Origin: Catajapyx aquilonaris
Taxonomy: Eukaryota
Direction of reading: 5' to 3'
NCBI GenBank assembly: GCA_000934665.2
Contig: KZ538078.1
Coordinates: forward strand, 62,001-126,000
Length of the DNA: 64,000 nucleotides
The notes under the pieces were generated by a model that made no database searches, had not been told where the DNA came from, and worked only from the letters and a program-made list of their open reading frames with translations. Shown piece by piece: positions 28,601-42,866 of this stretch. The position numbers and the translations under genes were made by a program. Every line of letters starts with the position of its first letter. The first letter of the stretch is position 1.

Positions 28601-31600
28601 GACTTGATGCACATTTGGTTGGCCATACACGTCGCACATATCAAAATAAATCACATGCTACAGGCTATCCGCATGCTGTATAGGCTCACACCCAGCTCAT
28701 CAAAGAAAGTGCGCAGAACAATGATGCGGATCGAAAACCCGTTCTAAGAAATTCATTACAAACTGGCTCTAAAACGGTGCCATGTACAGTACACCCGGTT
28801 TGATCACTGTACCCAACCGGTGCTATTTTGGATGGCCATCTCTCCATTAGGAGAGTTACAGTAGAATTTCCCATTCACTATGTTACTATTGTGCTTCACA
28901 TTAAATGAATTAAACGCTAATGTTACAAATAGCCCATTGTCTAGTAATTGTGGCGTTAAACAACACACATATAGGCCTACTAGAGTGCTTGCAAGATTCA
29001 AGTTATAGGCAAATATGGCCCACATGTTTAATCTACCATATCTAGACCTTGCTTTTTTATTAATAAACACTGGAAACTGTATATTTCCAAAGAGGTTATA
29101 CACTGCACAGGATGATTAATATAGTCTTATAAAATGTGTGTTGAACACTTAAGTTACATTTCACGAATAAATTGGCAAATGAATAAATAACATAAAAGTT
29201 GTAACTGAATATATTTTCAGCAACTTTGGGATGTTACTTGTACATGGATTGGTTGGGGGTACTGTACGTATTTAAGCTTTAAAAACCAGTATGCGGGGAC
29301 GTGACGCAGACTGACTTCAGGGAAAGCAGCGTGAGGGCATTCTTTGCATCACATCCTCCACCTACAATCTGCAGATAACAACTTTTGACCATGAAAATAT
29401 TGCGTGCCTCTATTGTGCGTGAAATATGCAGTTAAAAATGCAAATTGAAATTTCAATATTGATGTATGCTACATAAACAGTAAGGGTCGACTACATCACT
29501 CTGTGATTTAATGAAATGTGCACATGTAACCCGACCACAGCAACATAATTTGCCAAGCATTAAAATAACACATACACAATAACTATTTTCCCGCGTGTTA
29601 GAAAACTTAATAATTAGTAACATGTCAATCGTATTCTCGTGCCCCCTTGTAGTTGTTTTTACCAATATCCCCTACAGCATATCTACTTAAGAGTTAGATA
29701 TGAGTCAATCCATTTAAGTAATAGCTTCCACTAACTCTGCAAATCGTTTCCACTGGTTAAATATTCCATCCCTTGCCGTGTCAAGTGCCAATTAACGCAT
29801 TTTGTTCTTTTTTGGGAAACGAGCATCCTACAAGCGGAGGGTACGACGTGTGGAAAGCTGGAATTGCTTTGGGAGAAAAACGATCCTTTCTCCCCCAACT
29901 ACATACGCATACCAGTCGGAAAGCTTACGAGACAGCAATTCTTTCCTTTGGGTAAGAAAGCATCGTCGTCGCCCTTTTAGCCTCCACGGAGAGGAAATCT
30001 TGGTTGAATTTGCACGGCCCTCGCTCCATAAATCCTTGTAAATGAAGCTCATGTATTTACTGGAGGTACCTCAGGCCCTGTTGTGAAAACAGGAGCAGCT
30101 GCCCTAGCTCAACTGCCCCTGAGCACGGAAGCTCACCAGTGTTTGCCAGCTCAGATTGAAAATCCTCTCCTGTTCCCTGCCGATCTTTGCGCACCTGATG
30201 TTCAATATATTGCTCCACCGATATAATCCTTATTTAATAACTTACTTCCCACAGCTTCCAGCTATCAAAAATATATGGGGGAAATTCCTCCTAGCAGCGT
30301 ACAGTTGCAATGCCCCTAGCCTTTGTGAATAATAATGTGGGGTTTGATAAGTTAATAAGAATCTGGTGCAGGTGGCAGTAATTGGGAAACCCGCATCTAT
30401 AGTATGACTATCGAGAAACCCCGTTAGCAAAGCACCTAGCGCTGTATATGGGTGGCATATATGCTCACCTGCATGTTGAGCTTGCCATATGTAACCCGCA
30501 TTCTCCCCCTGGGCTTAGCCCAACATATGGGCCCCAATTTTTTGTGCTACTTGGAGAGGGTCCATCTAAAATGACATTTGATAGTACAGTACACCAGCTG
30601 CAGAAGCCACCGTTACTCGTAATGCTCAGTTCCGTAAGTGATATCTCCTGACATAGTGTGCATTCCAGCAGTTTGGACCCGGATTCACAGAATCACCCTG
30701 CAGACGCATATTATTTTCAGCGCAATGTGTTCAAAACTTTGCACTCAAACGCGGCCGCTTTGTTCTACAGGGCCCCATTTCAAAGGCCACTTCCAAAACT
30801 GCAACAATACAAAATAACACACCTTTGGTGCGAATATGAATAGTTTCGTGTTCTGCAGCCGGACCCACGCTCTGGAGAATAAACTGAAGCACAATGCTGT
30901 GAAACTTGCTGCAGGACATTCAGAGAGCCCCGACCTATACACCACCACTTGTTTACAACGGCCCTGAGAAACACTCCACATTTCAGACTACGGTTTCAAG
31001 TGGACCGGGTTGAGCCTAGGTCCCGCCTGAGTCAAGAGAGAGGTCAGATGGGGACAATTTCTCCGGAAATCCTCCCCCATTTCAGATTATTTTCCTACCA
31101 CCTTTCAGATCGAGCCCTTTTTCGGATGTTAAATCCTCCACATCCTCTTCAGAATTAAAAAAAACTCTCAATTCCGGGACCTACTGTAATATCCCCCTCA
31201 CCAGCTACAACTAACGTTCCGGTGATGCATTGTGCTCTTTCCACGCCACCATCTCCCACCAGCCAGAAGCCTTCATACCACCAGCTTCATTTCCTACGTA
31301 TTCAAACAGCAGCGGAACAATTAAGGCATTAAAGTTAACAGGCCAACCTTGCTCACGGCGCAGAAAGAGAAGGTAGTGGATAATAGGATTTTTAAAAAAA
31401 GAAGAGGGTAAAAATCCCGCTTTCGAGTCTATAACTGTGTACATAGGTCCGGTCTTCGCAACTGCAAAGTGGGACAAGAAAAAAAAGAGGCATGTAGAGC
31501 CAGAGAATGGGAGTTACGCTGCGATAAATATCGTAGAAGGGGCAAAGTGGAACTTTCTCGAGTGCAGTCGCCAAGAAGGAGCCAAGGTGAATATTATGCT

Positions 31601-34600
31601 GCCATGGATGGGACCTGGAGCATGACAGTTTCCGACCGTCAAACTCGTTGTCATAACCCTTGAGTCGCTTCAGAGAGGGGGCTATACAAGAAAGGAAGGG
31701 GATATAAGAAGAAAAAAAAAATGGGAAGAACCAGTCTGGGAGTTGTATTTTTTGCTATGAAGGAAGACACGTTGGACTTCCTGTAGGAATTGAGCGTTAC
31801 CAATTCTTGGGGCGAATCAAACGGGTAGTTCCGACTACACCTACTTCAGAAGAAGGAAGGGGTAGAGTACAAGTGAAGAAAAAAAATACCTGGCAGTGCA
31901 CTGACCTTGCAGGTGTTTCCTTAATTAGACGGGGGTTTATGGTGCTTGTGAAAAATGAACTGGGTTTACAGTTTTTTCCCGACAGGATTAATGAGGTAAT
32001 TGTAACAGTGCGACAGCGATGTAACACGAGAGTGTCAGGTTCTTTATACAGTTTTTGCTAGTTAAAAGTAACACAAGTGATGCCACTTGTGACGTCTGGA
32101 GCCCCGTTAACTTCGTTACAGTAATTCTTTTTTAACTGTCTCGCACTTAGAGTGACATTTCCAGGCAAATTATGTAATAAACACGGGCAGATTCCCTTAA
32201 AAAATATATTTCAAGGCTACCTGGCATGATTGGCCCCCTTGATGCATGGCGAATTTGCCGAGTGAGAATGATGCGGACGGTGGTTTTATTTCAGTTGCAC
32301 TGGCGGGGGGGTTGACCACGGCCATAATTCTAAAACTCGTCCAAAATTTTCCGGGGCCCTCCCGGTTTGCCCCTACAGCCCTTAATGAATTTGTGAACTT
32401 TTGCGCTGTGAATTCCGTGGTTCAACGCGCTTTTCATGTGATACGGAAGTCCTGGCCCACAAGCACCCAACACCTTTTGTGCGGCGGCGGGAAATACGCC
32501 TAGTGGTGGTCACCAGAGCAGAGACCACGGTGGGGGTTTCCAAAAAATAAAATAAAATATATATATATATATAAAATATGGTGGCTACAAGAAAATAACA
32601 CGTGCCCATGTGTCTATGGGTCGGTCGAGAGCAACCAGGTGGAAAGAGTCTGCGGTTGTGTCTTTGGTGTAGGAGACTAGCTATACCCCCCCACATTGGG
32701 TGGTTGTGTATGCATGTGTGTGTGCATGTGAGCGCGAGGGCCCAAATTAAAGCCCGTATCTGCCCGGGTCTAGGGGTGCTTTTGATGGGTATAACGCAAA
32801 AGGTCACCGTCACAGGATGGCCCTCTGCGTTTAATTGCCAGACCCAAAAGCCAGCTTTCAAATGGCTTCACTTACTCCTGGCCTAACTACTGCTGTTTTG
32901 CCTTCAACACAGCTACACTCGCTACTCCATGATTAAACTTGACTTTACGGTTCAGTACGGCTCCCCCTGCTGGTGACATGGACTAATCACTTCAACACGC
33001 GAAAAGCGCCGGAAAGTCAACACGTCTAACTATCATTTTTAGGGGACAGAGCAAGATTCGGCTTTTATGCGGTCTGTACTGCATGATCTGAGAGCGTGTC
33101 GACAACACGGACATACCAACAAAAAAAATACTATGCCCACCACCTTATTCCAGGTGACCGAGTTTCACACGGAATATTAAGGTAGACACAAATTTTCTCA
33201 AGAGTTGAGCGTGAGCCCACTTTCGATTTCCAAGACGGAAAGATTAAATACTTTGTGATTATGCCGGAAACTTCCCTATTCTTCCCGGGGTGTCTGGAAG
33301 AATGGAAAACTTCTTCGTATAATCGGGCCCCCCTGTTTCTTTACAGCGTTGTGAACTCTGCCACAGGGATTATATCGGCATTTATTTCCATTAACAAGCT
33401 TGGTAATTATCATCCATCTGCATTATGTGATACTTGTCTAGATTTTCGCCGCAGCTTATTACCTTCTTTTCTATTCGGAATGACGCGCACTTTTTCAGTC
33501 AATGTAACTGACTCCAGGTGGACAAGTGAGCAACATTAGGCGATTCGTGACGCAAGAGAAGTTGACCGTGAAGTTCACACTATATGTAAGCATTCATTCG
33601 GAGCTCTTGTCAGTCTTCGTCAGTCGAGTGCCTTTGTACCCATTGAAGCATCACACGTGACTCGCTTTGAATGGCCCAGATCGACCTTACACAGAGAATT
33701 ATTCGCAACTGCCCGTCCCCCTTTTCCACTTCTCAACTTCCTTTCGTAGTTTCCCCTCGTAGGGGACACTTGACAACAGTCTCTACAATCCAATTCTACA
33801 TCGTATCTGTCAAAGCGGAACTAAAAATCCAGATCAAAAACATGCGCTGAAGCGCATGAAGTGAATGATTAATAAATACCAATGCAACTCCTGCATTGTT
33901 CTAGTTTGCAAGTAAAATATGCTTTTTTTACGCTAATAACGTGAGTGGCAGCTCATGCAATGCACGATGAAAAATTAGCGCCAACCCCCCCAAAAAAGTT
34001 GGATTTAGTAACATCCCACTGTGCAATTTTCTGTAGGGACAGTTTCAGCTTCGACTTTTGTTCCGCAATGAACAAATAGTATTCATTAAAACCTGTTAAA
34101 TTAGGCATCGGCAGGAACTGAACACGATTTGGCGCCTGCTTTAGGGGAGAATCTCCAATGTTATAATTAGAGTTGGGGGTGGAAATGAATTAACGACAGT
34201 CGAGAAGGCAGAAGGATATCTCTTGTAATTACTACAGTTTATTAGCTGCATTGCTCCGTTTCGCCTTGGGCTATACGGAGAAGCACAACTGCTGGAATGC
34301 CCTTTAATGGCTCCGAGTTATTGCGACTCCATGCCAATTGCCAATAAAATGCTAAACAATCACAGATTTCTGACAGGCGGAAGGAAATTGCTCCCAAGTA
34401 TTGCGCCTGCAATTATCGCTGGTGTCTTGGGAAGAAAATTATCACTGGCGGGCCTCAATGAACGGTAGGAGAGGGGGAAAAAATTATAATTTATAGGCCT
34501 ACCTCACGACGGGGCATAAATCTGGAAAATTATACACCGTTAAAGGCAAACAAGAAGGCCATATTCGTCCATTCTAATAGCATGCGCTCCGGATAAGAAA

Positions 34601-37600
34601 AATAGCCTAGCAAGTGTCGATTCCAATTTTATGCACCCTGGAATAAAAATTTCCCACGCCATTAAATGCTTCATTGGACGCCAACAGGATCTACAAGAGG
34701 AGGTAATTATCGTGGAAGGTCTGTTTTTGAAAGGTCTCATTTTTACTCCATACGAATGTACCGTCATGAGCAAAAGGTACAGCCGCATTAAGTACTGCAG
34801 CAGCATTAATAAACAATAAAATGACATTTCCTTGCTGGAGCGTGTCTGGTCATATGGGAACATATTTGCTCTTAATTCGTGTTGATATAACTGGGCCTTT
34901 GCACTGAATACACAGGGTGTTTCGTAATTATTAACCAGATCGCGTAAAAATAGCATACGACCTAACACCTTTTGAAATGAAAACTGAAGGTCGCATACCT
35001 GCCAGGAAACTCTACAGCTTATGTTAGAAGCCCATTATCTCAGCAACCAGGCTATTAACACTAAATGACACCTCTACGTAAGTGAACCCCTTCCGCCCTT
35101 TGTTTGGTCGCATAATAATGAACCCCTTTATTAATTTGCCTAAAATTTCCCCCGGCTAATGTGACATTCATTAAAATTATATCCCCCTCTGCTTCTCTCC
35201 CCATCAATAATTACTAGACCCTGTTACACCGGCTATTCAGTCAAAATTCAATGATAGAAACTGATGAATGGCCATTACAGTCCTATATGAGCCTACACAA
35301 CATGGGTCTGGAGTGAGCCTCCAACAAGCAAGCGTTCTGCAGTTAACCTAACCTACTCCGAATTAAGGATAGAACCTGCCATTGTTATTTTAAACTTCAG
35401 AGGCTGCGGAATTAGCAAAGTCCGCAGCCGGAGAATTTCAATTAAACAGGTCAGCATAATGAGGGGAAAGCAGCAGCAGTGGGGAGCCCTGGGAAAAAGG
35501 TCCGGCGACTTTGAAAAGCTTGGCTATACTTGCAGGTCCCTCTTCGGTCCACCGGCTTCCTACGCTTGGGGGCCAGATTAAACCTTCTGCTTTTAAATCT
35601 ACCGGATCAGCACTAACGACAATATCATGCTTCCCGGTTCTCCATGTCCAGCCAATAACGAACGAGGGGTCATTTAGCTCTTGATCTGCACCGGATTAGC
35701 CCCGGATATTGCCCCTTCGACCCGACGGGGGAACTTGTCTCAGGTTAGGAGCAAAGTTTTGTAACGTAAACCTTCCATACTGGCTGCCGGAAGCCATCTT
35801 TTGCTTTATCTACTAGCTATACATAGAAGGTCGCTCATGAAAGCAAATAAAATGATATTACCTAGGGGTATAATCTGGCTCAAAAATAATGCATCGTGCC
35901 TAAAGGTCCATGAGGAAGAAAATAAAACAAGATTATTGGAATCGTCATTTAGGGGTAGGCGTATTTTTTTATCCTTTCATCTAAACCTACTTTAATTAAC
36001 GCAGTTTTGTTAACTTCGTTAATGAAGCCGTAAGCGAGCTGAAACGATATGCAAATAGTACAAAGTTTCGCAAAAATTTCCAGGAAAAATTGCTACTGGC
36101 AACAATATTTTCCAGCATGCATCTCGCATTTCTTCCTCTTTTCCGGTTCCCGGGCGAGAATTCCGGAGGGCTGGGAGAATGGGCGCGTGTTGTCCGGTAA
36201 TTACTCGCAGGCTACAGAGGCCGCCATGAATCTTCCTCGAATTCATAGAAACAACTCTAACCCACCTTTTGCACCTGCTGCTACTGAATGAGACAAAAAG
36301 GTTCACTAGGGGCCAAACATATTGAACCAGACCGGACTCAACCTACAGCCTCGTCGGTGGTGCACCTTTGTTTTTGTGAAGATTTTTCTTCCCTTGCCAA
36401 CCCTTACCCAGATCTACTACTTAGAAAATAAAACAGCTATATAGGCTAGACCTCAGTTAGAAAAGGGGTATGTACGGTGATCAGTTTAGATCATTAATTA
36501 CCAAAGCGAGGTTTCATGTTTCAGTCCCTCTAGAGTTCATGATGATAGCCATATGCTGTTGCTCTCATTACCAATCCCATGCACTAGACATGAGCAAAAT
36601 CTACAGAGCTCACTTTGGAAATGGCCCGATAAGCTCCATCGAGTTACATTTTTGAACCTGAATTATTTATCTAAGCATGCAAGTATAGCCTCTTCTTGTA
36701 CAGTACCGAGGTCACTAGTTAATTGACTCTTGTGAATTATGCATTACTTTTACTCAATGATCTCATTCATGTTAATAATTCCTCTCTATATTTTAACCGG
36801 TAATGGATCCTCAATGCTAAACAAAACATGGTATTTTTAATGAGCTTCCAACTTTTCAATTCAAATATCGCTCAGTGTTCTTGAAGAAAATGGGTATTTC
36901 ATTACACTTCTTTAAAAAAAACCAGCCAGAACAAAGCGCAGACAAGAAAGCTTCTCCTAACAAGTGTAATCCATACATAGAGAAGCATCGATCCGTGTCT
37001 GCAATGGCAACCTCTGTTCATGTGTCTCTTGGGTATTGATATCCCTGCATTATTAAGCAGTGGCCCCTAAACCATTCCTTCCACTCCTCCCCCTAAGCGG
37101 CAAATAAATAAAGAAATCGAAAAGAAAAAAAAAAGAAGGCAGGGATAGTACTCTTCCTCCTTCGGGTTGATCCCAGGATCCCATTCATCAATGGTAAGCA
37201 GGACCAGGCGAGAAGTGGGACAAGGATGTTGGGATGGCCACAAGATCGATGGCGTGGTCCAGTGTAAGAAAGGGCCCATCACGTACAAAACTACTGCAAC
37301 TCTGGATTTATCCTTGCTTACATCAACTCTAGAGATGATGGATTGCGTTCCAACTCTTTTCGCTTCTCCTAGGCAGCAGTCCGATTTAGGCTTTCCCACC
37401 CTGAAATCGTGTCGTCGTCCGGATTCCGAATTCCTCCCGTTCCAACCCCTGCATATGATTGCTTGCCTCGTCCAAAGGCGCTTACGTTGGGAACTTGGGA
37501 GTCCAAGGTATGCGAGTAAATCATCTGGAAAATCGCCACGTCCGGCCTTGTCTCCGTGCTGAAGCCATCATGCTCTTTTGACTCCTAAAATGGCCTTGTT

Positions 37601-40600
37601 CATATCCGACCATTCGCGGCTGTGGTTGGCTTCACGTTGGTCATCATGTGGTTCAAGTGACCAGCACGAGTCACGAACTATTCAATAGTGGTCGTCATTT
37701 TGTTCTGACATGTGCTACTATCAAGGCCCCATTTGACCTAGAGAATAGCTGCTGAAAGAGTAATGACACAATTTCCTTATCACTTTCACATATATACTGT
37801 ATGCCTAGAGCCCTATATTAGTATATAGGACATTGGTACAATAATTGCTAGATTTTTAGCAATTGTGTTACTTTCATTTTCTCGTAACAGACAAAATATT
37901 TTAAAACTTAAAAAAATAATTCAGACATATTTTGGTCAAGTGATATAATTATAATAGCCCGGTTTGGGCATAAATGACCTGGATTCCTGCATCTTGCAGC
38001 GCATTAAAGAGTGTGTTCTTATTATTTGTGAAGGAAACGATCCAACTCGGCGTATATAACTGCCTTTTTGTGCTCCTTTCCTTGCCAGCAGTATTCAGAA
38101 AGCATCCTACAAATTTTCAATTTCAAGAGCGAGATTATTTCGAAGCAATTTTTCACTGTCGAGTCGCGAGATATCGCCTGCTATAGCGAACGACAAAATG
38201 CACTGGCATTTTAATCCTGCCTAGAATATTGGAACTGTAAATAAACCCTTCTCAGGATTATTGATTTTAGTCGCCCTTTTATTTTCTTATTTGGTCAAAG
38301 GCACCATAATTCAATAGTACCATGGGGTCCGCGATAAACTCCCTTAGGCGTATGCGACGGTAATTTTTTATCGCAAATTAAATAACTACTTATCAATGGC
38401 CCAGTAATGCACCGACACGACTTTAATGGCAATTTTAAAATTCTAGAATATCTGTGGCAACAGCGTCAAACGTTTAAAAAATTAACCAAAAAAAATCGGC
38501 ATCTGTGACAGTCGTGTATCAAATGGACTAAGAGCAGGCATTAAGTACTTGTGAATCAGATTGTTCGGAATAGTCCGAGTGAAAGAAACGACCTTATCAA
38601 GAGTCGCAGTGTCCTACAGTAGAAACGACCCATGTGAGAATGCATTTGCTGGCTGGTAGCTCATCCCACAAGAGGACGACATTTCCGTTTCCCGCGACAT
38701 TTCAGGCTGTCCGGCAGTTTAATTTAGGAGAAAACTTTTGAATTCAGGTTTTCCCAGAAAGACGTCAGGCGAGCGAAAAGGAAGCATTTCGGGGAGGGGG
38801 AAGGGGGGAGAGAGGTTGTCCCCAGCTCTTTCAAATGAAGAAACGGGCCTCTTTGTTTGCTACGAATTCCTATCTGGTGGGAGCGGACATTTGCGGATGT
38901 GTACGAGGACAACTCCCAGATACCATCCATCAAGTGGACTTGTCGTCGTCTGCGTATTTTCTCCTTGGCTTGCTGCATTTTTGCCCCTTCCTGCTATTAG
39001 TACAAGTCGTTGCTGGAAGGATCCTACATCGATCTCCAATTGCTTCACTATGCTTTCCCCCCTCCCGTTCTCCTTCATCCCTCCCCCATCCCCCATAAAA
39101 AAGTAACACGCCAGTCTATTGGGAAGGATAAGCGATAACATCAATACCTCCTCCGGATTTCATTTTATGATAATGGAATATAGCCCGGGTACTGAGCATC
39201 CATCTCCTTGCCGCCATCACTGGGGCACAGATAACCCTTTACTTATAAAGTATTAAGTGCATAATGGCCTATAAATCACATGGAAAATAAGCTCATCCCG
39301 ATTTCTATCGTTTTATTACCTGCCTCTGACAACATTTCCGAGCATCTATGGCGATACGGTAATTTTCTTCCGGCTCTAATAAAAGAATGTGCTGTTCTAG
39401 CAGGAAATTTGATATGAGAGAAGCCTACAGTTACCTTAGACCTATACAACGTAGTTCGGCAAAAATGAAAGTAGGCAAATCTCGCACTTCTATCAAGAAT
39501 GGGTCAATGACAAATGCATACGATTCGTGAGCAGATGGGAACAGGACAAAAATCCCTTTGCTGCAGGCTCCCATACTTTTTGACATTCCGGGCCGCCCTT
39601 CGGATTCCCAAATCACGCCCCGTCAAACCTCAGGAACGGTTCGGAAGAAGAAGAGGAAAAAAAAAAGTGGGGGAAGGGGTAGAAGGAAGGAAGGAGAATA
39701 TATCAGAAAAAAAAGAAAAGTTCCCACCCTACACCTTCGGGCCAGAGACATCATCAAACGAGCAGATACACGCTCGATTAGATAAATATGATAGGCAGAT
39801 GAAGTGCTGGTCCCGACAGGATTGGAATATTAAAATGGGAACGGACCCTCTGGCGCCAAGAAAAGGAGAACATTTCGGGATGAAAAAAAAAACAAAGAAA
39901 AAAAACCTGCAATCTTATTCCATAACGGAGAATTTGCCCGTGAAAGTATCAGGAAAAGTTTTCAAAGGGATACAAAAACTCAAAATGCATGGCTCGTGCT
40001 GGGGAATATATCTGAAGAGTACAACTGATCCGTGACATATATCAACAGATACAGGCTGGTGAGTTAGCTAAGTAGTTTATTTACAAAGCGATGTTAATTT
40101 GACATGCAGATGGGCACCTAATCAGATTAAGTACTGGCCAGTTGAGCAGCTTAATATCCTGTACACCGGGTGTAGGCTTGAATGCTTGTATCAAATGAGT
40201 CCGACTACAAAAGGCTTTGCCACGCATTGTTTGCGTGTGTGTATAGGGATATCATTGATTTCTCATCGTGAATAATTTAGTAAATAATCAATTACTTGCA
40301 TTTCATCCCCAAAATCAGAGGATTTGCTCTGAACCGCAATTCGAGGTCACTCTTCTAACGAGACAATAAAATAATTAGCCGGCCACGCTTTTCCAGCGAA
40401 ACACGACATCAAATGGTTTATCACCTGAAAATCACGGGATTAACGACAAGTCCCACAGACAGATGACAGCGTTAATAACTCGCGCATTTCCGGTCAGTCC
40501 AATTTGGTTGACAAAGCTCGCATCCGAAATCCAGGATGAAAACGCTGCCAACTGGATGTATTAATGTATCACGATCACACACACAACAAAAAAAAGTTTA

Positions 40601-42789
40601 TTGACAGTTACCAAGATGAAACTGATAATCATGGCCCAGCTATTTCTACAAACACGTCAACCAAGAGAATGTGACAGCAAGTAAAATGACACTGTTGTTC
40701 TTTTTCACTGCACCACAATGTTTCATCCATCAATATCTATACAAACATCCAGTATTCATCCAGCGCTGGTTTTAACTGCCCGTTTCTGTTTTTCAAAAAA
40801 AATGCTGGAACTGCAAACTAAGGAGTGAATTTTAAAACACAGAGCCCCCATACCTCACTGCTTCCGCAACGGTGCGTAAAGCACGCACAATTTGCTTCAT
40901 GCACTTAAACGGGTAAGTACAGTACCCCTGGCCGGCACTTGAATTTTTTAGTATACCACTAAAGTATGCCTCTTACGGTTACAGCCCCGCAGGTTTGCTC
41001 CCAATTTTTAACGACATTTAACCACTATGCTAACATACCGTTTTCGCATCAATTTACCTATTGTGTCCCCTGTCTTTGTACCAACATGCACATGCATTTC
41101 ATACGCACTCCTGCCTGGGCATCCAAAAGGTACATTTCGAATTCGGCCAGGACTGAATTATTCCGGTAGTGTACACGTCCAACAACAACAAAAAATGACA
41201 ATCTTTCCACTAGGTCAGATTTTAGCGGCTGACACAACCAGGCGAATATATGCGCACATATGGTACTTTTTCATCTGCACATGCATTAGGCCCACAGTAT
41301 ATTTCCCCCCACATGCACTGATGTCGACGCAGCTTGCACTGGGAAACAGTGCACGAGAGATAGCTTTGTTAGTTGGATATTTACCACCCTTTTCGATACA
41401 GGACCAAGTGGAGGAAAGTTTGGCCACCGCAGAGCCAACGTTGCATGTTTCACACCACGCACAATGCATCGGGGTAATTGAAAAATTTGGTCGCGACGAG
41501 TGATAGTATAGTGCTCTAGTTACATACACGTGGGTGCAGGGGGGGCCGGGGGGGACTGGGTTTGGGAGGGTGTACTGGACGCAGGGAGGATGGGATAGAC
41601 TTGTAGCATATATTTCAACATGGTGCTGCAGCTGGCCCTTGTCAATGGGAATTCTGCCTTTTGCTAGAATTCACCCGCCAGGCCCGTTTGGTGGAGAGAG
41701 GAAAATGTGAAGTAAAAAATGAACCGAAAAGGAAGAAAAATGTGTGCAGCCCCGGTGTAATTCAGACTTCATGAAATTGGCACATGTTTTCCCCGATGCG
41801 ATGCAAAAGAACTGCCCCACAGCCCAAAATCGGTCAACTGCCTCTCTATAGTACCGCATACAAAAAAAAGGCCTGGCGCTACCATCCACATACAGAGATA
41901 TATATCTACGAGAGGAAAAGCGCACCTGCAGGAAATGTCGGACGTGTCCAAACCACAGCACATGTAACTCACGATAGGAGACCCCCCCCCCCCCGTAGGT
42001 TATTAACATGACCACATCACATTGGAAAAGGTTCCCCATCTACAGGGAGGAAAAAGGTCCGTATCCCAAAGCTCATAAGATAGCAAGAAGCATCTGGATT
42101 CAGGAGAGGCGGTGAGAAGGAAGGATCCGCACGTTTCTTTTTCTAGGGGTTTCTCTCCCCTTAGAGAGAGAGAAACCCAAGGAACCTTTCCGTTTCTGCA
42201 GATTCCATTTGGGGAGCAAGCCTCTTTTCATCACCGCCAAACCACACCGGGGGGCCGGATGGAATATGACGCTTTGAATGCTTGTCATCCTACATGAAAT
42301 ACCCCCCTTCCGGATCTTCCGCCATTGTGCACCCAAAATGAATGGACCGGGTTCGCGGAATGAAAATAAAATAAACATTACCTCTTCGGGGTCAGAGGCC
42401 ACCACTATTTCCAGCCGTCTCTCTCTCGAGAGGTTATTTCAATACCACCAATATCTATTTTGAAGTAACGTGCTTGGCAATTTGACCATTCTCAGGGTGA
42501 AGTTGCATCACTATCTAATGTAATATTAGTAAGAATCTGGTAAAACAGTTAGGCAGTAAGGGTCATTCGGCACTATTACAATGCATGATACTGTTGTATC
42601 CCTATTGACTATAAAATAGTTGATTCAAAGCAAAAATCATCGTATATGTGTGACCAGAATTCTGTCTTGAAGTTTGTTTCCCGTAAATGACGTGACGTAA
42701 AGTAACACGCCTTTTAGTTTATAGAGCATTAAATGGTGTAAAACTAAAGGTAAATAACCTTATTGTACACCTTTGAAGTACGATTTTGG

Positions 42790-42866
42790 TCCAACTTGTC
42801 TAACTCTTCTGCAACTTAAGGTATTTTTCTGGCCCCTTGGAGATTTGAGTTAGAGAGGTTTCACTG
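42790..42866. mobile_element. Tigger/pogo-like MITE right-end remnant
   Basis: Ends GAGTTAGAGAGGTTTCACTG-TA (reverse complement TA-CAGTGAAACCTCTCTAACTC, a Tigger-style terminus) with an internal TCTAACTC half-site. The partner TIR was not found. Confidence 0.5.

Noticed and set aside
35402..35429. 9-bp stem hairpin GGCTGCGGA/TCCGCAGCC
   Set aside because: Short stems of this size can arise by chance in 64 kb, and there is no supporting context.
40119..40129. Paired-class homeodomain P3 site TAATCAGATTA
   Set aside because: A single short motif is not significant without conservation data.
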